The notes under the pieces: model-generated
Told to the model about the DNA's origin: nothing
The model's database searches: none
The model's input: only the letters and a program-made list of their open reading frames with translations
In this document: one piece after another, positions 51,901 to 63,896 of the stretch
How positions within the stretch are numbered: the stretch's first letter is position 1
How the letters are laid out: the number at the start of each line of letters is the position of its first letter
Assembly (NCBI GenBank): GCA_958009085.1
Contig: OY253679.1
Span: 558,001-622,000 of the forward strand
DNA: 64,000 nt
Direction of reading: 5' to 3'
DNA from: Protoeuglena noctilucae
Lineage: Eukaryota
Program-made: the position numbers and the translations under genes

Positions 51901-54900
51901 CGGGGACTGGCGGGCGGCGCGGGAGGCCCAGGTGGCAGCGCAGAGGGAGTGCATGGCACAGGTGCTGGGGTTCTGCGATCGGGCGCTCGCGGGCGGCGGC
52001 GTGGTGCTGGCGGCGTCCGTGGCGGCGGACGATCCCGAGGTGGCGGCGGGCATCGCGTCGTGCGTGGGGGCGCTGCGGGACGCGGGGGCCGCTTTGCGTC
52101 GGATGCCCGGCGACCCCCGCTGCGTGGCGCTGGCCCTGGTCGCGGACACGGCGCGCGTGTTTGCCATGGGCGCCCCGCACCTGATTGACCTGCGGGTGGG
52201 CGAGGACGTCTCTGGCATCGCGGCGCGGCTGGCGGGCAAGGGGTCTGGCAGCGGTGGCGGGGAGGGGCCGCACTGGTCGGAGGTGCTGGTCGACCTTTCT
52301 TTGGACCTCCTGTCCCGCGACGTGGCGCCCCTGCCGGGCGTGGCGCTGCGTGGGGCAGTGGAGGCGGCGGTCGGGGCATGCGCCGGGGACCTGACCTCCT
52401 CAGCCCTGGGGAGCCTGGTGGGCGTGCTGGGGCAGCCGGTGGGCGCCGAGGAGGACGGCAGCGACGGCGAGAGCGGGGAGGGCGAGTCTGGGAGCGAGGA
52501 CGGCAGCGAGGGGTCTGACGAGGGCAGCGATGCGTCAATGAGCGGAGATGAGGAGAGCGAGGGAGGGGCGGAGGGAGACGGGGGTCTCGGGGAGGCATTG
52601 GATCGCCTAAGGGAGCAGCGCGGGGCCGGGAGTGACGAGGAGGCGTCTCTCCCCGATGTGGACGACGAGGAGATGTTCAAGATGGACAAGGCGATCGGTG
52701 AGCGTGTGTGGTGGGTGTGACTATGACTGGGATGTTTAAGACGGACAATGCGATTGGTGAGTGGGATGAGGGGGTGTTACTGCACTAAGCGATGCCTGCC
52801 CACAACTCTGGCCATCGCCACCTACCCACCCATGCATGATGCCATGGGCACCCCATGCCAATAGATCTCGTCTCGCCCCATTGCAGCCGCCATGGTCAAG
52901 GACGCCCAGGACCGTCGCAAGGACGCCGTGCAGGCCCGCCGGTCCTCCCTGGCCCTCAAGTTCCGTGCCGCTGCGTTGCTCGACCTGTTCCTGGCCAAGC
53001 AGCCTGCGTCCCCGATGGTCCCCGGCATGGTCGTGCCTTGCCTGGAGGCCCTCAGGGCAGCTGCTATGCCCTCGGGGGACGCGCAGCTCGCCAAGCGCAT
53101 CCAGGTGCGGTGGGCTGAGTGGTTGCAGAGTGTGGGGTGCATGGGAAAGTGCCTTAGTGCGGTGGGCTGAGCGCATCTGATGCCCAAGCAACCGGGGTGC
53201 GTGCAAGGCATGACGGCATGATGCAGGCCTGCGAGCTCCATTCGCCCCCTTTACCGCAGGCCTTGATTGTGGAGCGCCTGTCGCGCGCCAAGGTGCAGAG
53301 CGGGGCGGGGCTGGACTTGGCCCAGGGGCAGGCGATGCTGCGGGCGTGCCTGGTGGCCGCCAGCCGCGCCCCGTCCCGGCAAGTCGCGGACATCACCGTC
53401 CCCGCCGCCGAGCGCCTCGTCAGCTACACTTTGCGGTGAGAGAGGGTCTGGATGAGGGTGCGAGAAGGAGGCGTGAGATGCGAACGGCCAAGAGTTTCGT
53501 GGGAGCGCCTGGCCGTTCCAAACAAGTGGAGCTAGACCATGGCAGTCCAGGTCAAGCACTAAGATGCGAATGGCCGGGCAATGAATTGCCTGGCCAATTG
53601 CAGCTGAGTGCTTGGCCTGGACTGCCATGGTCTAGCTCCACTTGTTTGGAACGGCCAGGCGGTCGCTCGCGCCATCCACCTGGCTCGTGATCCCGGGGCT
53701 TTCTTTCGCTTCAACACCTGTTGCAGCTGCTGTTTGCAACAGCACTACCCTCCCACACCCTCCTGCCAACAGGATCCTGACGCGCGTCCATTCGTCCGAT
53801 CCCAACGCCAAGCCGGATGTTCGCGAGGACGGGGTTGCCCTGGCCACCGAGGCACTGCGCCAGTCCGTCCAGGACTTCTTCAGCAGCAAGCGGACCGCCA
53901 TGCGCAAGTCGCTGTTGCTTAATGTGATCCGGGAGTGGGCCCCAGAGACGGGGGCCCTGCTGCTGCCGACGCTGATCAAGTTCGCATCGGAGGGCAGGCG
54001 AGAGAGCAGAAGCGCATTGTGTTGATAAGCCCTTTCCATGCACGAATCCGCTCGCGATGGGCGCTGTCGCAGCTCGCGTTGCAGGTACTTGGTACAGCTG
54101 TGTCGTTCACCCCTGCCTCCGATGCGCGTTGTCCCACCCCATCCGACCTGTGCATCCCTTCCCCTCACAGGAATGAAGTGAAGCGAGCTGAGGCTCTCGG
54201 CATGGTCGCCGAGGTGCTCTCCCGGAACCCCAAGCAGTATGGGGAGGTGAGGCATGCTGCGGGTGCTGTGGCATAGAGCACAGATGGGGCGCACGTGCCA
54301 GTGGTTGGCCTGTGCGGAGGCATCTCCGTGTGCAAGTCAATCATGACGTTGGTATCAGCCTACAGTCTCTCGTCTCTCACGCCGACCGGTGCTTAGCTGA
54401 CTTCCACTGCTCAAGCAACACACGGTGTTCAGATGACGATGATCGTTGCCTGCAGGCGGCGGCTCGGGAGGTGAAGCCCTGCCTGCCCGCGTTGGCCAAG
54501 GCGCTGGCCGCGGTCGCCAAGGGGGGATTTAAGTCGCCGCGGGTGCACGGAGACGCCCTGCAGGCAGCGGCAGATGTGGCGGCGCGCATTGCATCTGTGT
54601 GTGCCAGGCACGGGGCGGCCCTGGGCGTGGCAGAGAAGGCCGCCATCCTCGAGGCATGCCGGGAGGGAGAGGCACAGGCGAGGGCCGGGTAGAGGTGCCC
54701 TTGGGTGGCCTTGACCACAGCAGAGCAGTCCCCATCGCCGCTCTGACGTCATTAACCCGACCCGTCACAGTGCAAGCGACCCCCGGGCCACGCCACGCAG
54801 TGCTCAGTCACTGAACCTCGTTGTTTCCCACAGACCAACGTCTCTTCTCGCACCAAGACGATCCTCGCAAGGCTCACGGCGGTTCTGGAGGGCGGGGCGG

Positions 54901-55256
54901 CTATGGGAGCGGGTGGGGCCAAGGGGGCGGGTGCGGGTGGTGCCAAGGCATCGGGGCAGGGCCAGGGGCCCACGGGTGGCCAGGGAGGGCCTGGCAAGGG
55001 TGGGAAGAACGCGCAGGGAAAGGGTGGGGCGAAGCGGGAGGCAGAGGGGGCCGAGAAAGGCGCGGCGGGGGCTGGGAAGGACGGGACTGCGAAGCGCAAG
55101 GAGGGGAAGCAGGGAGTGGGGGACAAGGGCGGGGCGGTGAAGGGGAGTGGGGCAAGGGACGCGGGGGCAGGGGCCAAGGGACAGGAGGGCAAGAAGGGGA
55201 AACGGGAGAGGGAGGGGGCTGAGAAGGACTCCGGGAAGAAGAAGGCGAAGAAGTAG
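48905..55256 (+). CDS. MYBBP1A: DNA polymerase V/phi family nucleolar protein (POL5/MYBBP1A), about 15 exons
   Basis: LLKHFWDLS, DYSMKRLLKGLGSSNKGARQGFATAL, LGRLFALAAL, PRVHSCW, EVLVDLSLDLLS, acidic tract then DDEEMFKMDKAI, FRAAALLDLF; K/G-rich basic tail. Confidence 0.9.
53506..53661 (+). repeat. Long inverted repeat (55-bp outer arms plus inner stem) within POL5 intron 53436-53772
   Basis: 53506-53560 is the reverse complement of 53607-53661 at 54/55 positions; inner arms tggccgggcaat / attgcctggcca. Confidence 0.97.
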
Positions 55257-55460
55257 ACATGCTTACGCAGCGACGTTTGAACAGTGAATGATTGGAAGGC
55301 GGGGAAGCGAACGCAGGCGGACATCAGGCCCTTGACGCAGCTGTTGTCAGGGCCAGAAGCTCGTTTGCGGCCATTATAATGCTTTCCGCGTGTCGGCACT
55401 ACGTTCACTGCTATCGTTGCGAGACTCCCAACTGACGTGGCCCCGTCGCGCCGCGTGAGC

Positions 55461-57146
55461 ATGGCCCTCAGCTTGTCTCCGACCTTCCACGCACAGCACT
55501 TCCGCACCAACTGCTCCAACAGGCCTCTGGTTTGCCGACCGGCCTTCGCAAGCACCTTTGTACCAACCGTACGCATCAATCGCGCCTATATCTTGCGCGT
55601 GATCGGGACCCCGCGCCTCCGGCACGCGACCGTTCGGGCAGCGATGGAGGGCAAGGCGACGCCGGGCCAGACGACCCTCGGGTTCGTCGGTATCGGAATC
55701 ATGGGCTTTGCGATGTGCAAGTGAGTGGCGCAGGCCAGGAATCGGTCGCAACAACTCGCCGTAGGTTACGCACCAAGCGCACACACTCGGACATCGGCTG
55801 ATATCGGCCCCGATGGCGGTTGTCCGTCCTCGCCGCGCAGCAACCTGATCAAGGCCGGATATAAGGTGGTCGTGTACAACCGGAACGCGGAGAAGTGCGC
55901 GCCTCTCGTCAAGCTCGGCGCGGAGATGGCTTCGTCCCCGCAGCAGGTGGCTGAGAAGGCGTCCAGCACGTTCGTGATGGTCTCTGACCCTGACGCGGCG
56001 AAGGAAGTGGCTTTCGGAAAGGTGCGCCGCGGCCCTGTCGCCCGCCGGGCTGCGTAACGTGGCTCCTGCGCGGTGCGAGGCATCCACTCCGCGCCAGCTC
56101 GCCGCCCCTCCTGCCCCCGCAGATGGGCGTCCTGGCGGGTCTGTCCGCGGGCAAGGCGTACGTGGACGTGTCGACCGTCGACGCCGAGACTTCCACGGCC
56201 ATCGCCGAGGGTGCCCGGGGCAAGGGCGCAGTGTTCCTGGAGGCGCCTGTCTCTGGGTCCAAGGCCCCCGCTGAGAACGGCCAGCTCATCTTCCTCTGCG
56301 GTGGAGACCGCGCGGCGTTCGACTTCTGCGAGGCGAGTTTTGGCACAGTGGGCGAGCTTGGTGCCGTCATCAGCCAGACATTGCAGGCGGTTGTGCAGGG
56401 TGCCTGGCATGCAAGGATGCCTGAGCAATGGTGATGAATACGTGCATTGTATCAAACGAGGTGTTACCTGGCATTGGCATAGAGCTCACACGCGGAGTGC
56501 TTCCCAGGCTCTCCCCTGCAGCACCCACTGTCGGTGATGGGCAAGGCGAGTTTCTTCCTCGGAGAGGCGGGTCAGGGCGCCAAGATGAAGCTGGTGGTCA
56601 ACATGATCATGGGGAGCATGATGGCTGCCTTCTCGGAGGGGCTGGCCTTGGCCGACAAGGTGCGTGGGGGGTGGGGTGGGCTGACGGTCGACATGCATGC
56701 ACCCGCTGACGATGGGTGTAATAGACAGGGCTGGCCACGGCGGCCGACAAGACGAGGTGCATTGTCAAAGTGCACCCAAATGCGTTAACTAGACAGATGC
56801 ACCACGTAACCACGTGTCCTTAGCCCCCCACCCCATGCAGTCAGGTCTGTCCAAGGAGCAGCTGGTGGAGGTGCTGGGGCTGGGCGCCATCAACGCGCCC
56901 ATGTTCCAGATGAAGGGCCCCGCCATGTGCAAGGGCTCCTTCCCCACGGCCTTCCCCCTCAAGCACCAGCAGAAGGACCTCCGCTTGGCTCTGTCGCTGG
57001 GTGACCGACTGGAGCAGCCCCTGCCCGTTGCCTCGGCCGCCAACCAGCTGTTCGTGTCGGCGAGGGAGCGGGGCCACGGCGACGACGATTTCTCCGCGGT
57101 GCTCACGGCGGTGATGGCGCAGATGGCGGCGCAGTCGAGGCAGTGA
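55461..57146 (+). CDS. GLYR: Glyoxylate/succinic semialdehyde reductase (GLYR, beta-hydroxyacid dehydrogenase family)
   Basis: [78 protein letters not shown]. Confidence 0.95.
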
Positions 57147-57403
57147 GCTGAGCGATGGGCGGTAGCGTTGCGGCAGGCAGTGGTGGCGCAGGTGGCGGCG
57201 GGGTTGCCAAGGCAGCTGTGCTGGCGAGAGTGGCGTAGCGCGGCGGGGACGGTTGAAGTTTCAAGCTCTTTTAGATATTAGCAAGTGCCCTGCCGCAGCT
57301 GCCAGCCCGGACCGTGCCATTCAAAGCTCCCATGCATACGGCCCCCGTAAGGTCTCTTGGCTCCACCCCACTGACTCAACAACCCCACTGACCCAGCCCC
57401 TGC

Positions 57404-60365
57404 CTACTCCCCCGCCGCCATGACGAGCTGCAGCACGGGCACCACCTGCACGGACTTGACGTCCTCCAGACACAAGGACAGCTCCTCGGGTCCCTCAGAT
57501 GCCAGCACCTGCGCCCGACGCAGCAGCAGGATGCCCGCCGCGAGCTGGGCCACGGGGACCAAGGACCCGTACCCAATCACTGCGAGTGAGGGGCCAGGCA
57601 TGGTTCGTCACTGCGAGAGATGTGAGGAAATGGTGACATGGACCCATGCATGTCTAGTCACTGCAGTACGCGCCATGCATGCTGAGCCTGTTTGGCAGGT
57701 GGAGAAGGGAACACCAAGCATGTATGTGCCGTCTGTGTTGCAAGGAAGACTGTGAGCATTGCTGCGCGACATCGCCCACCCGACCCTCACCCCGGTCCCA
57801 GAGCAGCAGGGTCTGCAGGGACTCGAGGGCCCCCGCGAAGCACGAAAACAGCCACGGGGCCGCCAGCCGTGCGGGGGCCACCCCCAGGGACAGCACGTGC
57901 CAGAAGAGCTCAGGGTCCGCGTCCTGGGGAAAGTGGGGGGATGAGGGATGTTCAGGAGCAGCGGGGACGGTGGGGAGGCTCCATGGGGTGGTGAGAGCCT
58001 GACCGTTGAGGGCGACGACGGCGGTGAGAGCGACCAAACTAGCGACTTACACCAAAGCACACTTTGTCAAGGGCTGACGCGAGTGAGGTCTGACACAACG
58101 CGAGGTGGTCGCACCTGCAGAATGCTCTCGAAGCAGGCGACCAGGCCAGGGAAGGCGGGGGAGGGGTAGGCGTCGGGGGCGAGGGTGTGGGCCTTGCAGA
58201 GGGCCTGGCGGTAGAGGGCGCTGGCTACGGAGAAGACGTCCGCGGGCTCGCGGAACTGCACATCGGGCGAGGTGGGGCGGGTCAGGCGGGTGTGCAAGGT
58301 GCGTGGAAGGTGCGTTGTGCAGTATGACACATAGTGTCGAGGGTGAGCATAGCGTGAGCGAAAGTATTATGTTTGCAACTAATGGATTACATCATGTAGC
58401 CCATCGAATGTCGAGTGGTGGGGCACCACTACACGCCACTGTTACCACACAGTGGTGCCCCTCACCAGGAAGCAGCAAGGGGCGAGGAGGAAGGCGAGGC
58501 CCTGGAATGGGACCAGGCCACTGGGAGTGGAGATGAGAGGGGCGCTGGGGTCGGGAGAGGGCTTGAAGGACGGGTGCGGGGCGCAGGCGCACTCCCTCTC
58601 CATCGTGGTGTCCCTGCGTGGTGCGAAAGGCAAGACACGGTGACTAGGAGATGTCATACAGACACAGACACCGGGGTTCCTTTCTCCTACCCTCGTGCCG
58701 GGCCAAGGGTGGGCCCGGGGTTGACGAACCGGCCTGTCGCGCTCACCGGAGCATGGCCAGCACGACGGCGCGGATGGTCTCCTCGAAAAGGAAGAAGTCG
58801 GGGCTGTTGGCGACGAATTGGACGTCGGCTTGGACGACCAGGTCGGCCGGGAGGGGCGCCGAGGAGGCCTCCGCACAGAGGGCATCAAAACGGGACGCTG
58901 CGGGGGTTGAGGGAGAGGGAGGGAGTGGGTGGTGGGTGGTGTACGACAGGCGAGGGCGAGGGTAGAAAACGTGCTGCAAGGAGACTGCAAAGGGAGGCAC
59001 AAACACGAGAGCAGCAACAGCAACAGCAGTCAGGCAACAGTCGTACCACAGCACCACACGGCACCTGCGGGGCACGTGCTGAGGTAGGCGCTGATGGGGA
59101 CGGCGCTCCTCGACCCATCGGCAGCCAACGGTGTGTCTGCCTCGGACCCAGACGTCCCCGACCCCGAGCCCTTGGTGGCCCATGCCGTGGCGGTTGGCCG
59201 CATGCGCACGGCCGCCAGCTCATCCCGCGCCAGACGGGCCTGCACGGCCGCGGCCGCCTCCGTGGGGCACTTGACGGCGGCACCCAGGGCCAGCGCCCAC
59301 ATGGCGGGTCTCATGGCGTTGGGACAACCCGCCCGCAGCACAGCCCGGGCCGCCTGACGGTCCTGACTTAGCCACGCCTCCACCGCCGCGTCGTACTTGG
59401 CTCGCGCAAAGACAGGGTCCAGCTCGTCGTCCAAGCCCACCTGCGGCGCAGCGTCGAAGCTTTGCACTCTCCACTACGCCCCTGCTCGGGTTGGCTCAGC
59501 GCGATACACCCAAGCGTGCCGAACGCACCTGCTGCCGCCCGACGGCGCCGTCGGGGAAGTCCCTGCGCAGGTCGCGCAGGCTAGGCGCCGCGAGGGCGAT
59601 GCGCACGGAGCTCCAAGGGGACAGGTATGCAGCAGTTGCTGGGTCCTGCATCGGGGTGGGCGGCGTCACGTCCCGGGGCCCAGCCAGGGTGACGGCCAGG
59701 GTCGCATCGACGGGGAGCAGTCCGACCAGCGCTCCCGCGTCCCGCCCGATCGACAGCAGCGCCAGGAGCACCTCAGTGACCGAGTAGGGCATGGGCACGG
59801 TTGAGGGCATCGCTGCCGGGCTCACTCCGGCGCGGCGAGGGGACGGCGAGTCCTGCGGGCGGCGACGGACTGCGTGTTTGGATGTGTCTCACGTGGGGGC
59901 TTGGACAGACGCGCTGGCTGGGTCTCAAGCACGAACGCTTGGTTAAGGGTCAAAGTGCACGCGGCACGGCTGGCCGCATGTGGGGCGCCTCCACACCCAC
60001 CTCTGCCAGAGGCTTCCGGAGATCGCCGAATCCCGGGGAGCGAGTCGGAGAGCTGGCGCGTGGCGCGGCCAGGGCAGCGACGCTGGTCATGCGTGCCCTT
60101 GCCAGCGCCTCAAGCCGCTGCCGGGCGCCTTGCAGCTTGCCCGGCACGTCCGGCACGGGCGCACCCGGGGCACGCGAGAGGTCCGCGGGGAGGAGAATTC
60201 GCGGACCAAGCCCCGCCTGTGGGTGCAGGGGGGGTCGCAAGGTCGACTCCTTCGCCAGGAAAGGGCCCAAGTGGGGCGCAAGCGAGGCCCGCGCGGCGCT
60301 ACCTGCACACGTCCGCGATCTTGCATCGCCTCCCGCAGCTTCTCCATCGACACTTGGCCCGCCAT
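57404..60365 (-). CDS. TBC1D19: TBC1D19-like Rab-GAP TBC domain protein
   Basis: GCPNAMRPAMWALALG, VANSPDFFLFEE, GLVPFQGLAFLLAPCCFL, DPELFWH..LAAPWLFSCFAGAL..LLLWDR|VIGY. Confidence 0.78.
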
Positions 60366-60373
60366 GTCGCCAA

Positions 60374-60670
60374 TCAGGCTGCCGGCGCCGCACGCCGGCC
60401 CTTCCGCCCATTGGCGCGCTGCCCTTGCGCCGGATTCACCTGTGTGAATTGCGAGTTGCGCGCTTGGTGTGTCACCTACGCCATCCGCGCGCAACAGGGG
60501 CGAGGATCGGCAGAAAGGACGCAAATCGCGTCACAACCGCGTGCCATGGGCTGCAGCGTCGCTTGGCTCGCCTGCCGTAAGACGAAATAGTTACGCACGA
60601 CGACCACAACGAACGCAGCAAGGGCGAAGAACTTGAGCGCGGTCGCTAGGTTCGCCCAGGACCCCCACAT
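60374..60670 (-). CDS. Small single-pass membrane protein (54 aa if spliced), directly upstream of the TBC1D19-like gene
   Basis: ATG 60670; exon 60572-60670 MWGSWANLATALKFFALAAFVVVVVRNYFVLRQ; donor CAG|GCGAGC; acceptor cacacag at 60440; exon 60374-60439 VNPAQGQRANGRKGRRAAPAA*. Confidence 0.55.
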
Positions 60671-61017
60671 CGGACGGTTTCTTCGGACTGCGGGCGTGCA
60701 CGCCGCGGTCCAGTCGGGACCCTGCCTGGGTGAGCTGCCCAGACGCCAGTGCCGACTGACTCGAGGCGTCAGCTCGGGATGGCGTCGCCGCTCGTCGCGA
60801 GAACGAGATGTAAGAACACGCCAGAAGCTTTTGGGCAAAGGCTGTTTCGCTGAGACGCGGGGATGGAGTTGTTCATTCTCCCCTGCACCTGGTAGGGCCT
60901 GCGGATCGACTACAGGCTGCATTCCGTGCGCGAGCTTCAAGGTCGCTCAAGTCCGGTCGAGTTCCAGCCCCGGCCGGGGCCCCGACGCTGCCGTCGGTGG
61001 CGCCCGTCGTGACTGTG

Positions 61018-62276
61018 ATGGCGACAAAGGAGCAGCGCATTCAGGATGCCGTGACCATCCTCAGCCAGGGCACCAAGGCCCACGTCCACACAGGCACGCC
61101 TCGCGCCCCAGCACATCGCGTGTGGGCCACCGCCGGACTGCACGTGCCGGGTCCGTGCACATCAACGCCTCATGTGCAGCGCACACGCGCCGCTCGACTC
61201 TGTTACCCGCCCCTGCGGCCGCAGAGCTCGATGAGGACGACACTCCCCTGGTCTTTATGTTCGTCGCGCCTCCCCCGAACGAGATACTGTGTCCGATATG
61301 CCTCGACATCATGAAGGACGCGGTCATCACGCCGTACGGGCACAGCTACTGCCAGAAGTGCGTCTCCAAGTACGCATCGACGGCCGGCCTGTGCCCCCTG
61401 ACCCGCAAGCCTCTGGCCGAGGACCAGCTGACGCCCAACCTCCTCGCGCGCACGATTGTGGACGAGATGGAGGTCTTCTGCCCACACGGGATCAAGCTGG
61501 GTGCGTGGCTGGTGCGGCGAGCTTTGAAACGCGGGTGGAGCCACGGGCGTCACCTCTGCGGTCTTGGTTTTGCAGGAGACAACGGTTGGGTCGAGGACCC
61601 GGACGGCTGCACGCAGAAGATCAAGTTCGGCCTGCGCAAGCCGCACCTGCTGACCTGCCTGCACGCCAATGTCGAGTGCCCCGCCGGGGGCCAGCGCTGC
61701 GGGCCCATCGCACGCATGGGTGAGTTTCTCTTCGACAAGCCCGCCGCCGCCCTCCTGCCGGATGCTCCCGGGGAGTTTGCTCCAGCAAGACGTGCCCGAG
61801 CAGCGCTGTGTCACAGCCCCATGTCGGCCCGCCGTGTCGCGTCTGCAGATGTGGATTTCCATCTGGAGGAGGAGTGCCAGTTCTCGGGGCGCAACAAGAC
61901 CGAGGAGGTGTCGGAGAACTACGTGCGGGCCAACACGACGCTGCAGCTCTTCGGCGTGTCGTTTGTCGTCCTGGCAGCCTTCCTGGTCCTCCTGTTTCAA
62001 ATGGGCGTCCTCCGAGATTCCATCAGGTGAGGTTTCTTTTAATGTCCAGACTGTAGAGCGGTTGGCTCGCATTTGGCGCTCCTGCTGGGAGCAGTCGTGG
62101 CTTGGCCTGCCATGGTCAGGCCAGGCAAGCGACACGTTGCCTCCCCGACCCCGCATCGCAGCCGCGTCATCTGGCCCATCGTCGGTCTGCTGAGCATCCC
62201 CGCCGGAGTCGTCGCCGCCGCCGTCCTGCTGGAGGGGCGCATCGTGGATGCAGAGTTCGCGGAGAAGCTCGAGTGA
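61018..62276 (+). CDS. RING/U-box-like and TRAF-type zinc-finger protein with two C-terminal TM helices (putative membrane E3 ligase)
   Basis: CPICLDIMKDAVITPYGHSYCQKC...CPLTRKPL..LTPN; HLLTC..VECP..C...HLEEEC; hydrophobic LFGVSFVVLAAFLVLLF and IWPIVGLLSIPAGVVAAAVLL. Confidence 0.8.
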
Positions 62277-62398
62277 ATGTGCTGTGAGTTGTGTGCGCAC
62301 CTTTCGCAATTTGTGTCTGAGACGTCGCATTCAGTACGTGTCTAACGAGTATTGCAGTAGGACAGACTTTCAAGACAGTCGCGTGGCACTGAGAGCGC

Positions 62399-63391
62399 TT
62401 ATGCGAAGCCCCGAGCCTCCTCCTCCCGGCTGGCCGACGCAGGCCGGGAGCTTGCGCGCCGGTCGAGGATGTACTTCTTGAGCTCCATCCACCGCGGCAC
62501 GGCCCGCATCTCCACCTTGTCGCCATTGGTCAGGGTGATGAGCATGTCGCCCCACAGCCCCACGCCGCGGCCCACGGTCACCACGTCCTTGACCTGGCTG
62601 TACGCCACGTCGATCTGGTCGCTCTTCCACGGCGCCGTCGTGATGACGGACAGGCGCTTGTCGGTGAAGCGGTACCGCACCCACGCGGCGCGCCCCACCG
62701 CCGCGAGCGTCAGCGGCAGCCACACAAGCGTCCACGACAGCGCCACGTTGATCGCCAGGTCACCCCTGCGGACAGCGTGCCAGCGACATTCTCACGGGGC
62801 ATGCAGCGCGCTGGCGATCGACGCGACGCTGTGGCATCAGCCGCAGCCACTCACCCGTGCGGGCCGCCCTCCCAGTACACCGTCTCGTTGCTGAAGTCGA
62901 ATTTGGGCGCCGCCGTCTTTGCAATCGCCTTCTTCTTCTCTGCTTTCTTCCCCTCACCCTGCGCGTGGAGCCGGGGGCAGTGTTGCGTCAGTGGCGCACC
63001 TCCAGCCCTCGAGGGGAGAGCCGCCTGCGCTCCCAGCGAGCCCCCTCACCAGCGGAGTCTGCCCCTTGGCCTCCTTCAGCTTCCGCAAGCGCGCCTCGAA
63101 GTCATCCTCCTCGTCGGTCGTTTGCGGCGCAGGGCCTGTGCACACAGCAAGAGCTCGTCCGTGGTCCAACCAGCGCGAAACCCAGCGAGCGCGACATAAC
63201 CGTGCGAATGCAACGATCGCGCCACCGCAAAGGAGGCGAGCGCGCCCCACCGCCTCACCTGGCGCGTTTTCTGCCTGCGCCACACATCGCTGGCTCCTGG
63301 GGCCATCAAGAGCCCAGGGCGCGCTGCCAGCCCGCGATCCGCACGGACGGCAGGCCAGACCTGGCCGAAGCTGCACTGCACCCCCCAGCAT
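62399..63391 (-). CDS. Plastid-targeted membrane protein with a bacterial-type PH domain (bPH_2/DUF304-like, cyanobacterial type)
   Basis: DDFEARLRKLK; ETVYWEGGP.GDLAINVALSWTLVWLPLTLAAVGRAAWVRYRFTDKR...GVGLWGDMLITLTNGDKVEMRAVP. Confidence 0.75.
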
Positions 63392-63834
63392 CCCGTCGCC
63401 GCGCGCTCTGGATAGGACCGAGCTCTGCGATGCTCCTTGGCAGCCGAACGATGAAGCAAACCCGGTGGTGGTAATCCGTAAGGTACAAATAAGGATGTCA
63501 GAGTGCTGCAGGGAGTCCCCATGGTCTTCTTTAAGGAAAACAGTCGATCTGACTCGGGGCAATGTACCCAACATCGCCGCGGACTGTCTGCACCCGGCCA
63601 GCCCTCCCCCCTCCCTTTTCGGTCACCGGCGCACCTTGGTATAAGGTGGGGCGCTGTCGCGGGCTGATGGCGAGGGGTTGGCCGACCCCCTGCTCTGCAC
63701 GGTCGGCCGCAGCCGACCCCTTCCGCACTGGACAGCAATGTGGGTGTCATGAGATCGATACTGCCTTCGACGGGATCTCTCGGTCTCCCGGCGCTCGCAG
63801 GTCCTGCCTGGGCACCTCGCTGTGAGCCGCCAGG

Positions 63835-63896
63835 ATGGGACACAACGACATCTGGCTCTCTCACCCTACGAAGGACGCGCGGGGGGGGCGGAGGTG
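63835..63896 (+). CDS. RPS29: 40S ribosomal protein S29 (uS14), first coding exon; the rest lies outside the window
   Basis: MGHNDIWLSHPTKDARGGRR then TG|GTGAG, which splits the presumed first Cys codon; resembles MGHxxxWxSHPxxxGxGSRxC. Confidence 0.8.
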
